This document shows positions 32,356-47,356 of a DNA stretch of 64,000 bases, one piece after another. Position 1 is the stretch's first letter; each line of letters starts with the position of its first letter. The notes beneath the pieces are model-generated. The model made no database searches and was not told the origin of the DNA. It saw nothing but the letters and a program-made list of their open reading frames with translations. The stretch comes from the human T2T-CHM13v2.0 reference genome, Homo sapiens: assembly GCF_009914755.1 (NCBI RefSeq), contig NC_060947.1. One strand, given 5' to 3'. A program made the translations under genes and the position numbers.

Positions 32356-32496
32356 GTGGTATATTTTACAGCTCTTTTCCCCTATGTGGTCCTACTCATC
32401 CTGTTAGTACGAGGTGCAACTCTGGAGGGTGCTTCAAAAGGCATTTCATACTATATTGGAGCCCAGTCAAATTTTACAAAACTTAAGGAAGCTGAG
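32356..32496 (+). CDS. SLC6A14: SLC6A14 exon 7
   Basis: [13 protein letters not shown]...RGATLEGA. ggtag| ... GAG|gtgagt, 141 nt. Confidence 0.97.
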
Positions 32497-33206
32497 GTGA
32501 GTCTTAATTTGGATTTCAAATTATCTGAGGAGGTAAATCTTAAAAGTAAATGCCAAACATCTTTGGTTCCATATGAATATCATAATGTAATAGCTTGCAA
32601 AATAATATACAGTTAAATTTATTAGTTTCTATCCACTAGGATGTCTGACTTAGCTAATATTTAACCTGCCATTAATATTCTTTTATTGATGGTGAGATAA
32701 TTTTTAGAAATAGGATTTTTAAAGTCATTTTTTATTCATATAAACTGAATCTATTTGACCAACAAAATTTCAGGCTTATTAATCTGAAAAACAATATTTC
32801 ATGCATAAATACCCGCAAGTTGATGATTGGGGCTATGTGATTTATTGGATAAACTCAGACTAGCTTTAGAGATTACTGTTGAAAGTTTAATAGTCTAATA
32901 TACATTTTAGTTTTCTTCAAAATTTAATATTCGCAAAATATTATCAAATTTTGTCTAGTGAATTGTGAAGTTAAAACATAAATTTGACAATGGATTAAGC
33001 ATTCCAAAATTGTTACTTATACCAAAAACTTAAACGTGTGCCATGAATAAGAATTGGGTAACCCTATTTCAACTTTGCCTTCAGATAATGGCTGAATGTA
33101 TCACTGGCATGTAACATCTTTTAAAATTTGACTGCTGAGAGTATTAACAGTAAGTGTACTACAGATAGTATGCTTCTATTAGTATGGTCTAGAATGCTTT
33201 CACTTC

Positions 33207-33510
33207 TTTTTTTTTTTTCTTTTTTTTTTGAGACAGAGTCTCACTCTGTTGCCCAGGTTGGAGTGCAATGGCACAATCTCTGCTCACTGCAAACTGCCTC
33301 CCAGGTTCAAGCAATTCTCCTGATTCAGCCGCCCAAGTAGCTGGGATTACAGGCATATGCCACTGCACCTGGCTACTTTTTTGTATTTTTAGTAGAGATA
33401 GGGTTTCATCATGTTGGCCAGCCTGGTCTCAAGCTCCTGACCTCAGGCGATCCACCCGCCTTGGCCTCCCAAAGTGCTGGGATTACAGGTGTGAGCCACC
33501 GCACCTGGCC
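33207..33510 (-). mobile_element. AluS in intron 7 (antisense)
   Basis: Full dimer. TSD ctttcactt (33197-33205, 33511-33519). Confidence 0.92.
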
Positions 33511-35149
33511 CTTTCACTTTTTTACTAGTCACATCACATTCTTAGCACACATTAAGCTTCTGTTCAACTAAAAACCTGTAATTTTATGTTGAAATCAAGA
33601 GAGACTATGTTAATATTATCTGCCATACTACTAATACTATTCAAAATGGATATTAGTTTGCTATAGTATTCTTCATGAAACTCATGCTAATTTCCAGCCA
33701 TTGCTGTCTTCTTTTCTAAATACTTACAAGAGGATGTGTAATTATTTCTTGTAAATATTTTTTGTAAGCAGTGCCAAATTTATTAGCTTTTAGTTGTGGA
33801 AATCTGTCATTAATTTACAATTACCTTTCTGAAAACTGAAATGCCAATCTTTGGTCTTTGGTTACCTTTTTTTGTGCTCAATAATTTCCACTCAATGATT
33901 AATCACATAGCTTTAACTTATTTTATATCTATGGAATTTTCTTATTATAGTCTTGGAGATTAATATACTTTGATGTGTCCACAGGACATCTTAATTTGTT
34001 TCTTCATTTATCTTGGGCCTCACTCTTTTTATCCCTGTTGGTTAATCTCTTCCTAATTTGAAGACCATTTTGGATGGTGAATAAGAAACAAATAAAATGG
34101 AACTTAGCATTCAGCACCTTCTCCATGTTAGGTTATTGAACAAGATAAATTATGTTAATGTACTTGGAAACAGTAAGATTTTATATAAATATGAGCTAAT
34201 GTACAATTATTTCAATTATTTGTTATATTATACTATCTTGCTAGAGTTGCAACATTTTCCCTAAGAAGTAGATTCACCATTTTCTTTGAAACTCATGACT
34301 TTGAGCCTAGTTAAAAATCCCCTTTGATATTCTTTTAGTGGCTTTTGCAAGCCTAAGATATATGGGTTTTGTAGTTCCTTGAAATCATTCTGAAAAATTT
34401 ATATGACACTTTTATATTGGTCTGTGTTTCAGTGACTCTAACATCTTTAAAAAATCAGAGTGAAACCTAAAGCTCCTTGTGAGACAAACAATTTCATCTT
34501 CTCACCCCTTTTCTCTCCAACACGACATGACCCAACTCCTTCTTTTTGGGGTTTGCTGGCAATGACAATTGTTTTTCTTAGATTTTTTTTTATTCCTCAC
34601 AATATATATTCTAAACATGGAATCATAATCAGGTGTCTTTCCTTTCCTTTGAATATCTGAACTTCATTGAGATCTCCAGGAGAGTAGAGAACCACACAAA
34701 TTTATAGATAGAGGAGTCTTCAGCAATGCAGAGATTATTTTTCTAACTCCCTCATTTTACAGTGATGAAACTAAGACTTACATAGATTCGATTTTAGCCA
34801 ATTGTACACAGCCAATTAATAAAGTTTGAATTACGATTTCCTAGTCCCTAATGTAATAATCTTGTATATTGGTATGAGATTAACAGATATGGAGATTAAA
34901 ACTATGTTTGGAATTTCTCTTCCCTTTTGTTTGCAACCTAGCTACACATCATGGTATTCAGTAGCATTCTTACACAACACAGGACTGCCACACCCACTTC
35001 CAGCTCCCCCTGTCACACAGGCACATGTAATGTATCAAGTAAAAGAAGCTCAGAGACCAACATGAGCATGCTGTTCATCTGTTAATATGGGCAATGACCA
35101 AAGAAAAAAGAGGGCATTTTATTTCTAACACAATTTTCTAAAATATAAG

Positions 35150-37012
<1,863 letters not shown>

Positions 37013-37055
37013 ATTGAGTATATGTTTTAAAATATTAAATTATTTTCTCTTATAG

Positions 37056-37284
37056 GTATGGAAAGATGCTGCCACTCAGATATTTTACTCCCTTTCAGTG
37101 GCTTGGGGTGGCTTAGTTGCTCTATCATCTTACAATAAGTTCAAAAACAACTGCTTCTCTGATGCCATTGTGGTTTGTTTGACAAACTGTCTCACTAGCG
37201 TGTTTGCTGGATTTGCTATTTTTTCTATATTGGGACACATGGCCCATATATCTGGAAAGGAAGTTTCTCAAGTTGTAAAATCAG
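37056..37284 (+). CDS. SLC6A14: SLC6A14 exon 8 (TM6-7)
   Basis: [13 protein letters not shown]...SSYNKFKNN...[10 protein letters not shown]. tatag| ... CAG|gtatat, 229 nt. Confidence 0.97.
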
Positions 37285-38630
37285 GTATATAATACTATAT
37301 ATTATCAACTTTGATTAATTCAATGTATCTCACTTATGAAACTCCAATAGAATTTATAGAAATTTACTTGACACAGTCATGATTTAGAATATTGAATTTT
37401 CTTCCTCATTTCATCTTATATAATTTTGTTGCTGTAACAATATAATAATTCTTAGATTATCCATGTAAACAAGAGTATATTAAGGAAATATTGCTGAAGA
37501 AGATAGGATGTTTAATTTTGTTTAGTCCTTGCTAAGCACTTTCCATGCATTATAAAAGAAAGAAAATGTGTATACAAATTTCCTCTGTACAATTATACTA
37601 TTGGGTTTGAATTTTTAAAACACATGAACATCATATAGGTGAGAGAGTCAAGTGACTTTGAGTTTCCACTTGTGTCTAGCTTTAAAGGAATCTTAGTGAA
37701 CTCCCTAACTTTACGGATATTAGCTAGGGATGCTTAATTATCTGGCTACAGATTCTGGGGGAAAATACTAGGGTTGTTTTAAGTAGGGATGCTTCATTAA
37801 AATTTTGTTTATGTTTTTAGTATCATATGATGGAAAGACTGGTGATTCATAACAGAATGTCAAGGATCTTGTAGATTATCTAGTGTCCAGCTCCTCATTT
37901 ACAGAGAAGTGGATTGATACACAGTAATGTCATATATGTCTTGCAGAAGGTCAAATATTTAGGAAGTGATAGAGCCTAGACTAAAAGCTAATTTTCATGA
38001 ATCCCAAGTTAGTCCTCCGGGAGGTCGAAGAAACTTAAAAATACTTAAAACTGAGGATCACATAATAGAACTGGCACAAAATTGAAAAGCATTCTAAAGG
38101 TAACATCAAATGGAAAACAAGATTTAATTTATAGTTTCATTACATACGATTTTGCATATATGCATATAGTGATTCTGGGTAAACATTTGGAGAGAAGGTT
38201 AAAAACAAAAGTTAGTTCGTAAATGTATCTTTCTTTAACAGTGCAATTCTTTTAGAGCATCTAGGCTAAGATAATGTGAACTAATTTACGTTTCTGGAAT
38301 TTAAGATAGTTTTTATTCTTTGTCAATCTTAAGAAATAAGATAAGTTAAATAAAACTATTAAAAGAATTAAAATTTCTTATGTGAGAAATGTACCATTTA
38401 CATTACAGTCTATTTGCTAACTTAATTCATGTCACATGTTCACATTATCACATCACAAAACAACCAAATTCAATATTGTAAAAAGGGAATGTGAAATAGT
38501 TGGTAAAAAAATTTATGTCATGGATTGTGTTGCCAAATAAGATGAGATTTTTCTAATATCTTATGTTTTAAATGTTTAAATATGTGAATATTCTTGGTAA
38601 CTAATTTATAATATCATACATGTTTCGTAG

Positions 38631-38756
38631 GTTTTGATTTGGCATTCATTGCCTATCCAGAGGCTCTAGCCCAACTCCCAGGTGGTCCATTTTGGTCCAT
38701 ATTATTTTTTTTCATGCTTTTAACTTTGGGTCTCGATTCTCAGTTTGCTTCGATTG
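38631..38756 (+). CDS. SLC6A14: SLC6A14 exon 9 (TM8)
   Basis: [10 protein letters not shown]...LGLDSQF. tcgtag| ... TTG|gtaagt, 126 nt. Confidence 0.97.
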
Positions 38757-39938
38757 GTAAGTAATACTTCCAGTGGTAACATATTCCTCTTATATTTCTT
38801 TTGCATTTCCTCTACTTGAAAAGAAGGTGCTTTTATTACCCCTATTACCCCCTCTAGCTGTTAATCTCAGAATGATCTTTCTGAAAGTTGCTTTAAATAA
38901 AATTTAAATACAGAAAAATACTTGACACTCAAAAGGAATACACATTAATATTTTATCATACTTGTTTCAGATATTTTAAGAAAATAAACTGTTACAGGTG
39001 AATTTGAAGTCCTCTTTCTTTTCCTAATACAATCACATTTTTTTTCTAGAAGCAACTCTTACCATAGATTGTGTATGTTATTCTATCCATGTTTATATAC
39101 ATTTTATATGTCTGTACATATCATATACATTTTTAAATTTGCACATAAATGTGAAGTTTCAGAGCATGCATATGACTCTGAAAGTTGTTTTTGCATTGAT
39201 TATGAATCCCATTGATACACAGGCATATAGATCTAGTTAAATCACAATCTCTTTGTTGCCATAATAATGGGCATATGAATGATATACAATTTTTTAAAAA
39301 TTACACACACTGCTGCAATGATCATCCTTGCACATACTTCTATGCACACGTAGGGATTTACCTAGGTTACATGACTAGAGAAATTCTGAAACAATTTTCA
39401 TCCTACCACTCTCTCACACAATATTTTCAGTTTACTCTGTTTATAGGATAAAATCTAGACTTTTCTGGTTGACTTTCAAAGTCCTTGAAAATCTCAAACA
39501 TATTTTCTGATATTTTCATTCTCACATCCTTCTACTCTTAGCCAGTTCCCTATTTCATGAACACATTTATCTCTTAACCTAGAATCCTTTCTGTTTCCAC
39601 ACCACTGATTCAAATATTTACCTTATTTAAAAGTCCTACTAGAATTCTTCCTTTTAGACTAATTCAGTTCACAGGGGACTGTTACCTTACAGTTGTTATC
39701 GATGAAAAATCATATAAAGCAGACTAAAAACAGCAAATAGCGCTGCATTTGATTTTCATCAGAACCAAGTGGTGACTGCCAAAAGAAAAAACCCTGTGGG
39801 TTTTTAAAAGCAAGGAACAGGGCTCAGAGTCTATTTTCAACATATATTTGTAAATTTGATTAACATACATTGAATTCTGTGATTAACAGTATTGGCAAAT
39901 AAGTTGACATATAACATGTCATTTCTCCCCCTCTGAAG

Positions 39939-40057
39939 AAACGATCACAACAACAATTCAAGATTTATTTCCCAAAGTGATGAAGAAAATGAGGGTTCCC
40001 ATAACTTTGGGCTGCTGCTTGGTTTTGTTTCTCCTTGGTCTCGTCTGTGTGACTCAG
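39939..40057 (+). CDS. SLC6A14: SLC6A14 exon 10
   Basis: ETITTTIQDLFP...GLVCVTQ. Acceptor ctgaag|, donor CAG|gtatac, 119 nt. Confidence 0.94.
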
Positions 40058-40591
40058 GTATACTACAGCATTTTTTTTCATAGAAACATATTAGTTGGAA
40101 CATACTTTATAACCTAACTAAAGAAACCAAAGCTTAAGAGGATGCTTAGTGACAAGTCCAGGTCTGACTTGGATCAAGGTTTTCTGGGTTTTAGCCCATT
40201 TTTCTCCATTATTACTTTTATAGAAAGTCTATTTTGCAGATGAGGAGGCCGAATAATGGACAGTTACTTCAGTTACAATAAGATTACAGACTTTAAACAC
40301 ATACTACATTTCTCACAGCCACTTCAGAACATACAGACATTGCATACCATTCTGATAATCAACAAATTTAAGTGCTTATTTTCTTTCCAGTGACTCAGTA
40401 TAGATTGAAAGATTCTTGAGATATTTAAAGTCACATTTGAGTTTACATTTGAAACATTGCTTTTCGCATTTTAGCAGAAGGGAAACTAAGGAGCATATGT
40501 CAAGATCAAATAAATAGATTCAATTTGAATATCCCATCAATCATAAAAACAATTAAAATATACTTAGAAGTAATTAACATTTTTTTGGTAG

Positions 40592-40691
40592 GCTGGAATT
40601 TACTGGGTTCATCTGATTGACCACTTCTGTGCTGGATGGGGCATTTTAATTGCAGCTATACTGGAGCTAGTTGGAATCATCTGGATTTATG
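40592..40691 (+). CDS. SLC6A14: SLC6A14 exon 11
   Basis: AGIYWVHLIDHF...IIWIY. ggtag| ... ATG|gtaaat, 100 nt. Confidence 0.96.
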
Positions 40692-40971
40692 GTAAATAGT
40701 AACTATAAAATTATTTTCCAGTTTTATTAAAATAGTTTAGTTTGATTCATTTTCATTATATTTACCTAATTATGCTATTAATTTTTATACTATTATAATA
40801 GCAAAGTACAATATACTGCACAACATTATGTTATGTAAAAATATAATTACAGGTGTATGATTCATTGTTGTGGTAGAGAAAAATGTTTAGACACAGAAAG
40901 ATAATTGATGCCATAATGGTTACTGGAAGAAAATATTAGCAAGCACTCAATGTACTCTTTGTTTTCTTTAG

Positions 40972-41081
40972 GAGGGAACAGATTCATTGAGGATACAGAA
41001 ATGATGATTGGAGCAAAGAGGTGGATATTCTGGCTATGGTGGAGAGCTTGCTGGTTTGTAATTACGCCTATCCTTTTGATT
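40972..41081 (+). CDS. SLC6A14: SLC6A14 exon 12
   Basis: GNRFIEDTEMMIG...WRACWFVITP. ctttag| ... ATT|gtaagt, 110 nt. Confidence 0.96.
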
Positions 41082-43223
41082 GTAAGTAATAATACACCAT
41101 GAACTTGATTTCGATAATACATATGTTCTAAGATAAACTTAATAATTCACATTGAAGACAAAAGGCAAATTAATTTTATAAAGGAATGATTTTCAAGTTT
41201 TGCAGTATTTATGGCTGGTGCCTCCAAGTTGCCTAAATTAAAATGCCTTTGCAGTATTATTTTGAAGCCATCAGTTTAAACATTTACCATTTGAGAAAAT
41301 AAACAGGTTCGTATAGATGTAAAAGTTATCAGTAATTTAAAATTTATCAATACAAAAAATGAAAATAAAACATGAATTTGCTCATTCCCTAAAAAAATAT
41401 GTTGAGCCATCAATAATATTCCTAACCTCTCTGCCAGGCACAGAAAAAACAAAGATGCATAAGGCCCAGATCCTCTCTTCAAAGAATTCAGTTTAAATAT
41501 ACTGACTGCTGAGAAACAACAGTCATATTTTAATTCATATTTTATCTCTTAATGAGGGAGGTATTTGGCAGATGATAGTAAAAGAAACTTACCTGTGTCA
41601 ATAAGGGCAATGGTTTATGTCAATAAATTCAACAATTAATACTATTTAGAAGCTGAGGTAAAGCAAAAGTATGTCTTACTCGAGAGACATAACTTATCAA
41701 CTTAAAATGTTCAAATAACATTTCAGGACAGTAAATGGCTGAGCACCAAAATAAACACTACACTGGAGGGAGAATGATTATGGACTAGAAATAATGGTGG
41801 TGGGGTGAGGCAGTGTCAAAGCTTCATAGATTTATTTTGGTTTTCATTGCCTTCATGCTTCAAAGGTTTTCCTAGAAAAGACCATTAAGTAATTCTATGC
41901 AGGATTTCCTTCAAATCTAAAGTACCACATTTGTTTGTAGAGAGGATTACATTTTTTTTTTTAACATTATGAGATCACTTTCAAAAGCTGAGCAGTTTGG
42001 AACGAGATCATGGTGAATTAAAATATTTGGATATTCCATATTTTTGCTAAATGATTTTGAAAATGACACTAAATATTTTTATTTGACAAGTCTCCATAAT
42101 AAAGTAAGCCCCCTTGTCAACTTAGAAGGTCTAGCTGGATCACTTAACAAGCTAATATTCAATGATTACATAAGTTTGACACCTGAATTTAATTTAAAAT
42201 GCAAAAGTATTAGATATGAAATGATTTACATTGCCATCTATTTTTTATAAAGTCATGTGTATTGGACTCCACTATCCCTCATCCATTCTTTTGTAGTTAT
42301 GTACATTCATAGTAACTGTAAAGTATATTTAAATTACTGTAATTAAATTAATGGAGCTAAGCCATTTAATTTTAAAATTAAACATAGATCTATTTATTGT
42401 TTTCTCGCTGATTTTAATAAAACAAAAACAGCTAAATTTAAGGAAGCTCCTTAATAATTATTGGGTTTTGTTTTGTTTTGCTTTACCAATTTCTAATTAA
42501 TTAGTTTTAATGCTTCAACATTTCGGGTTTATTTTAACTTGGCCTTATAATGTGTTCATCTTTAACATTCAGATTTGACTGTATTGCCTAAGCAGATATT
42601 GAGGGTTTTTTTGTTTGTTTTTTGTTTTTCCCTCAGTAAGATGCTGGAAGTGAAATGTGCTTTGGTAAATGCTCACCAATAATGTGTGTAAATGCATGTG
42701 TGTTTTTGATGTGTCAAAAGGGGATCTTTGTGCAGTGGGAAAGAATAGAAGCAATTCCTAAGCAAGGAGAAAAGCATGCCCACTAAGGTGTACTTCACAT
42801 TCTCATTGTATTAATCTATATGCTGGCATGTAGATTTAATCTATGGCATAGAATAAAACCATGCTATTATAAATCAAAGTGAAAAGTTCAATAACAGAAA
42901 ATTTCAGATATTATTTTACTTTCAATCTGATATATGGTCAAGTATTTTATTGAAATATATGTTGAACAAGTATTTGGATTTATAAATATATGATGGTATT
43001 AATTTTGGAAAAATTTATTCAAAGTAAAAATAAAAGTTATATATTTTGGTTCATTCCATATTGTTATCTTCTGGCTTGTTACCTGATTATTTCAATTATT
43101 TGAATATATTTTCATATTAACTATTTTTGATAAATCACATCTGAGGAACAGAATCAAATTGCTAATCATCAGTGCAATAAAGTCTAATCTTTAGCTTTGT
43201 CTTTGCATATTTAACTTTGACAG

Positions 43224-43391
43224 GCAATATTTATCTGGTCATTGGTGCAATTTCATAGACCTAATTATGGCGCAATTCCATACCCTGACTGGGGAGTTGC
43301 TTTAGGCTGGTGTATGATTGTTTTCTGCATTATTTGGATTCCAATTATGGCTATCATAAAAATAATTCAGGCTAAAGGAAACATCTTTCAA
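43224..43391 (+). CDS. SLC6A14: SLC6A14 exon 13
   Basis: AIFIWSL...YPDWGVALGW. tgacag| ... CAA|gtgagt, 168 nt. Confidence 0.96.
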
Positions 43392-44423
43392 GTGAGTGCA
43401 TTAAAATTGTTTATACTTTACACAAAGTAGTTATGATCAAAATGGAGATTAATTTACTCACATGGTAGTAATATGAGATTGTATGAAATACAATTAATTA
43501 CTCCTTCCTCTTGGCTACTTCTATACCTGACACAGTCATCTGTTACTAGTGCACAACATGCTATTTTATTATTTATATATTTGCTGTGTTTCTCTATGCT
43601 AGACTATAAGCTCCTTGTGGGGAAAGTCGGGTCTTATTTGTTGCTGTACCTCTGGCCTTGCTACGGTGCTTAGCATATGACAGCTATGATATCTATACCT
43701 ATGTTGAGTTGTCTCTGAAGATGTCACAAAGCAAATGACCTGTTTGCTTTATATCCATAGTCACTGCTTTTAAACCTCATCTGGCTATAATATACATCCT
43801 AATAGTGTTTTTATACTGGAATAAGCCTGGTAAATATCTTGAACCCAATCTAGAGCCTGAGTCATCCCTCTTCCATGGAGGTGTAGGGGTATGAAGTTCA
43901 TTATGACATCTCAGTAGGACAATGACAAAGTAGGCTTAGCAGCCTTAGATTTAAATAAATTCCTAAGTCCATACAACAATGGATCCAAATCAGTGGTTTG
44001 ATCCTGGAACTCCCATTTCCTTTGTTCTTGAAACACATCCCAGGTATACACTGGTTTAGATCCTCAGCTCGTCCTCATCCTAAGGCCAGGATGGAAATGT
44101 CTGATTCAGTGAAGGTACAGAGTAGTCACTCTGTTACTCTAATGGGTTCACACACCTTGTTTTGAAATCATTTACTTGCTCAGCTATTTTGGTTTAGTAG
44201 TTAATATACTTCTATTAACAACTAGCTACATTTGATTATACCTTTTTCTTGGTAAACTGTGCATTATTAAGAATTTAGATGAACACTTTTTAGTTTTCTA
44301 TGATGCTTATTTTTTGTTAGTAGAGAAAAAATAATTTAAAGGAAAGTACAGTTCAATATTTGCTTGTTTACAGATTGTAGCACTTAAATTCTAAGACAAT
44401 GATTTTTTGTTCTTGCATTTCAG

Positions 44424-44570
44424 CGCCTTATAAGTTGCTGCAGACCAGCTTCTAACTGGGGTCCATACCTGGAACAACATCGTGGGGAAAGATATAAAGA
44501 CATGGTAGATCCTAAAAAAGAGGCTGACCATGAAATACCTACTGTTAGTGGCAGCAGAAAACCGGAATGA
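44424..44570 (+). CDS. SLC6A14: SLC6A14 exon 14, coding part to TGA
   Basis: [15 protein letters not shown]...SGSRKPE*. The 14 exons sum to 1929 nt = 642 aa + stop. Confidence 0.96.
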   Translation, partial: RLISCCRPASNWGPYLEQHRGERYKDMVDPKKEADHEIPTVSGSRKPE

Positions 44571-47078
44571 GATCTCATTGAAAAAAATATATGATTGTAT
44601 AATGTGATTTTTTTTAGAATAGGGGGAACCTTATTTATTTGTGTGTTAACTGAATAGGAAAATGTACATACTATGTTCATGATAGTGTGATTTTTTTCAC
44701 ATTTAAGCAGGAATGCAATATAAAAATGTGAATCTCTTAATTCTCAGCCATGTGCTTATTATATTTCTTTTTAGATTGTCTATCTGTATAACACACACAC
44801 ACACACCTAAGAGTCTCTATTTCACAATTATATTTTTGTAAATAGTATATGCATTTTTAATACATTGGAGGCTTTATTTTGAACTAATTTCTTAGAGAAT
44901 AGTTATATTTTCTATTACACAAGTTTAAAAATATTATTAACTTGTATTTTCTTAATATACAATCTATCTTTTCCACAAATATGAGTGGGAAATAAATCAG
45001 CACATTTGAAAGAAAGTGTTAAAACTGAAGGCCTCACTTAATTAGAAACGTGATAAATATATGGACAAATGGACTATACATACTATAAGAGGACTGTAGT
45101 TTAATACTTTTTACCCAAATATGTTTAAAAACTTCGTGCATTTGTTACAGCTCATGTTTTCTATATGAACTTAGTCATTAATGTTCTTTATAAAAAGTGA
45201 AATAAGATGGAAAAATAAGGATCCTACAGCCAGTAAGTGATAAATCTAGAAAATTGAGTTTTGAGTACCTCTTTTCCCATATACAATCTTCCTTCCTTAG
45301 GTAATTTGGAAGAAAACTATGACCCATTTAATTTCTATTGTGTTTCACAAAATTAAGTGTTGTTCATTATACTCTCTGAAATATAGGTTTAATTTCAAAT
45401 AGAATATGGACTTAAATGTTAATGAGAAAATGGCTTTAATCAATTCTAGCATTTTATTACTGTAATACAGGGCTGATAGAGTGATTTTGTCTTATATGAG
45501 TAAGTTACTACTTACAGGTGATAACTTGCATACTATTGGAAGATAAACTTGTCAAACTTGTCAAGAATGAGAAAAGCCAAATTAGAAAATCCTATGTCCT
45601 AGTTTCCTTACCAAGGATAATTAAATATATCACTAAGAGCTTTATATATTGATTATATATTGTTGACAACTGGTTTAAGCATCATAGCCTATGATGATAA
45701 ACACTGCCTATATATGTAAATAGCTTTTCATCAATTCTTAAATTTCTTAACCTAGGCTTCAGGGAGCATATGAAACCAAAATTATATGGAACATTTTCTG
45801 TGTGTACATGTACATGCATTTTTCTAGGGAGAGAGTCCGTAGGTTTATCAGAATATCAAGGAAAACTGTGACCCAAAGAAGTTTAAGAATCACATACAGT
45901 GCTGCTGGCTTTTTGTGCTTGGCAAATGAGTGACAATAGAAGAAATAATTTTTCTTACACATTTTAAAACGTTTTCTCTTCCTTGTGATTGAAGATGAAA
46001 GGAGTAAGAAATTAAGGCATTTGTTTAATTTATACTGGTAACTTATTTAGGGGGGAGGGGACATGAAGGTAGGTAAATAGGTAGGCCTCTAATTGAACCA
46101 CCTCTCTAAGTTATGTACGTATATATAAGCTGAAATTGTGTTTGACATTCTGAGGGTTTTCTTTTTCTTTTTTCTTTTTTTTTTTTTTTGGTGGGGGGCT
46201 GGGGGTCAGAGTCTTGTTCTGTTGCCTGGGCTGGAGTGCAGTGGCATGATCTCAGCTCACTGCAACCTCTGCCTTCTGGATTCAAGTGATTCTCCTGCCT
46301 CAGCCTCTTGAGTAGCTGGGACTACAGGTGCCCGCCACCACACCAGCTAATTTTTGTATTTTTAGTAGAGGCGAAGTTTCCCCATGTTGGCCAGGCTGGT
46401 CTTGAACTCCCGACCTCAAGTGATCTGTCTACCTCGGCCTCCTAAAGTGCTGAGATTACAGGTGTGAGCCACCGTGCCCGGCCCATTCTAAGGGTTTTCT
46501 TTGAAGACAGGTCAAATGCTGTTAGTAAGTTTCAGGAGATTGTTAATTCCTCAGTTATACCAGATTTTATAAAATATTTGAGAATAGATGGCTAACAAGA
46601 GGTTAGAAATACTTTTCCTTAATTTTAATCCACAGTATGTTACATGCATTCTACCACTACATTTTGGTGCTATTTAAGGTGTGCAATTTTCTATAGGTGA
46701 CTTTTGCAATTCAGGGAAGATTTGGGCATATTAAATGAAAGAATATCTAATTGGGGGAGGTGTGAAGGGAAAGAAATTCTTTTCAAAAGCTGACCACAAA
46801 GAGTAGTTAAAAGTTTTTGTCACTATCTTCACAAGTGTGTAAAGCACAGATTTCAACAGAGTGCTTGGCATATTGTAGGGTGCTCAATGGTGGTTTTTAT
46901 TATTATTACTCAGATTCCACAGTGGCAAGAAACATCATTCTACATAATGGAAAACATTTACATCAAATCCCACTTACTTTAATGCGAACTTGGAGATAAT
47001 TTATGGTATTGTATTGTAAACCATTAATGAAAACTTTTTCACAGTTGAGTGAAATTAAAATCACTATATCTCAACTAG
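44571..47078 (+). other. SLC6A14: SLC6A14 3' UTR (about 2.5 kb, AU-rich, contains an Alu)
   Basis: Follows the stop. The end is inferred from ATTAAA 47054-47059 plus a downstream GU/U-rich tract, consistent with my recollection of a roughly 4.5 kb mRNA. Confidence 0.7.
46165..46483 (-). mobile_element. AluS in SLC6A14 3' UTR (antisense)
   Basis: Full dimer. TSD cattct(g/a)agggttttcttt at 46146-46164 and 46484-46502. Confidence 0.93.
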
Positions 47079-47105
47079 TCGTCTACTGTCACTTTTTTAT
47101 TGTTA
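47054..47105 (+). terminator. SLC6A14: Distal poly(A) signal of SLC6A14
   Basis: ATTAAA followed about 20 nt later by gtcgtctactgtcacttttttattgtt. Confidence 0.65.
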
Positions 47106-47280
47106 ACAAACTTTTGAACTGTTTTTCTTTCTCTATTGTGCTTCCATTCCTTCCTCAGTAAGTATATTTTAGCCATATGTAATCAATTACTTAAAGTATA
47201 AATAAGAAACTTGGTAAGTATCTGGATTTTTTGTATGTGACTTGGAATCCCCTCCCTCTTAAAAAAATAATTCATTTAGT

Positions 47281-47322
47281 ATAAACACACAATCAAATGA
47301 ATCTACTCAAAGTGTCTTTAAT
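47281..47322 (-). terminator. CT83: Poly(A) signal of CT83
   Basis: ATTAAA on the - strand (47322-47317), 35 nt past the stop, with downstream GU-rich ttgattgtgtgtttat. Confidence 0.75.
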
Positions 47323-47356
47323 GATTTCCACCACTGGCATTACATCCTGTACGCTT

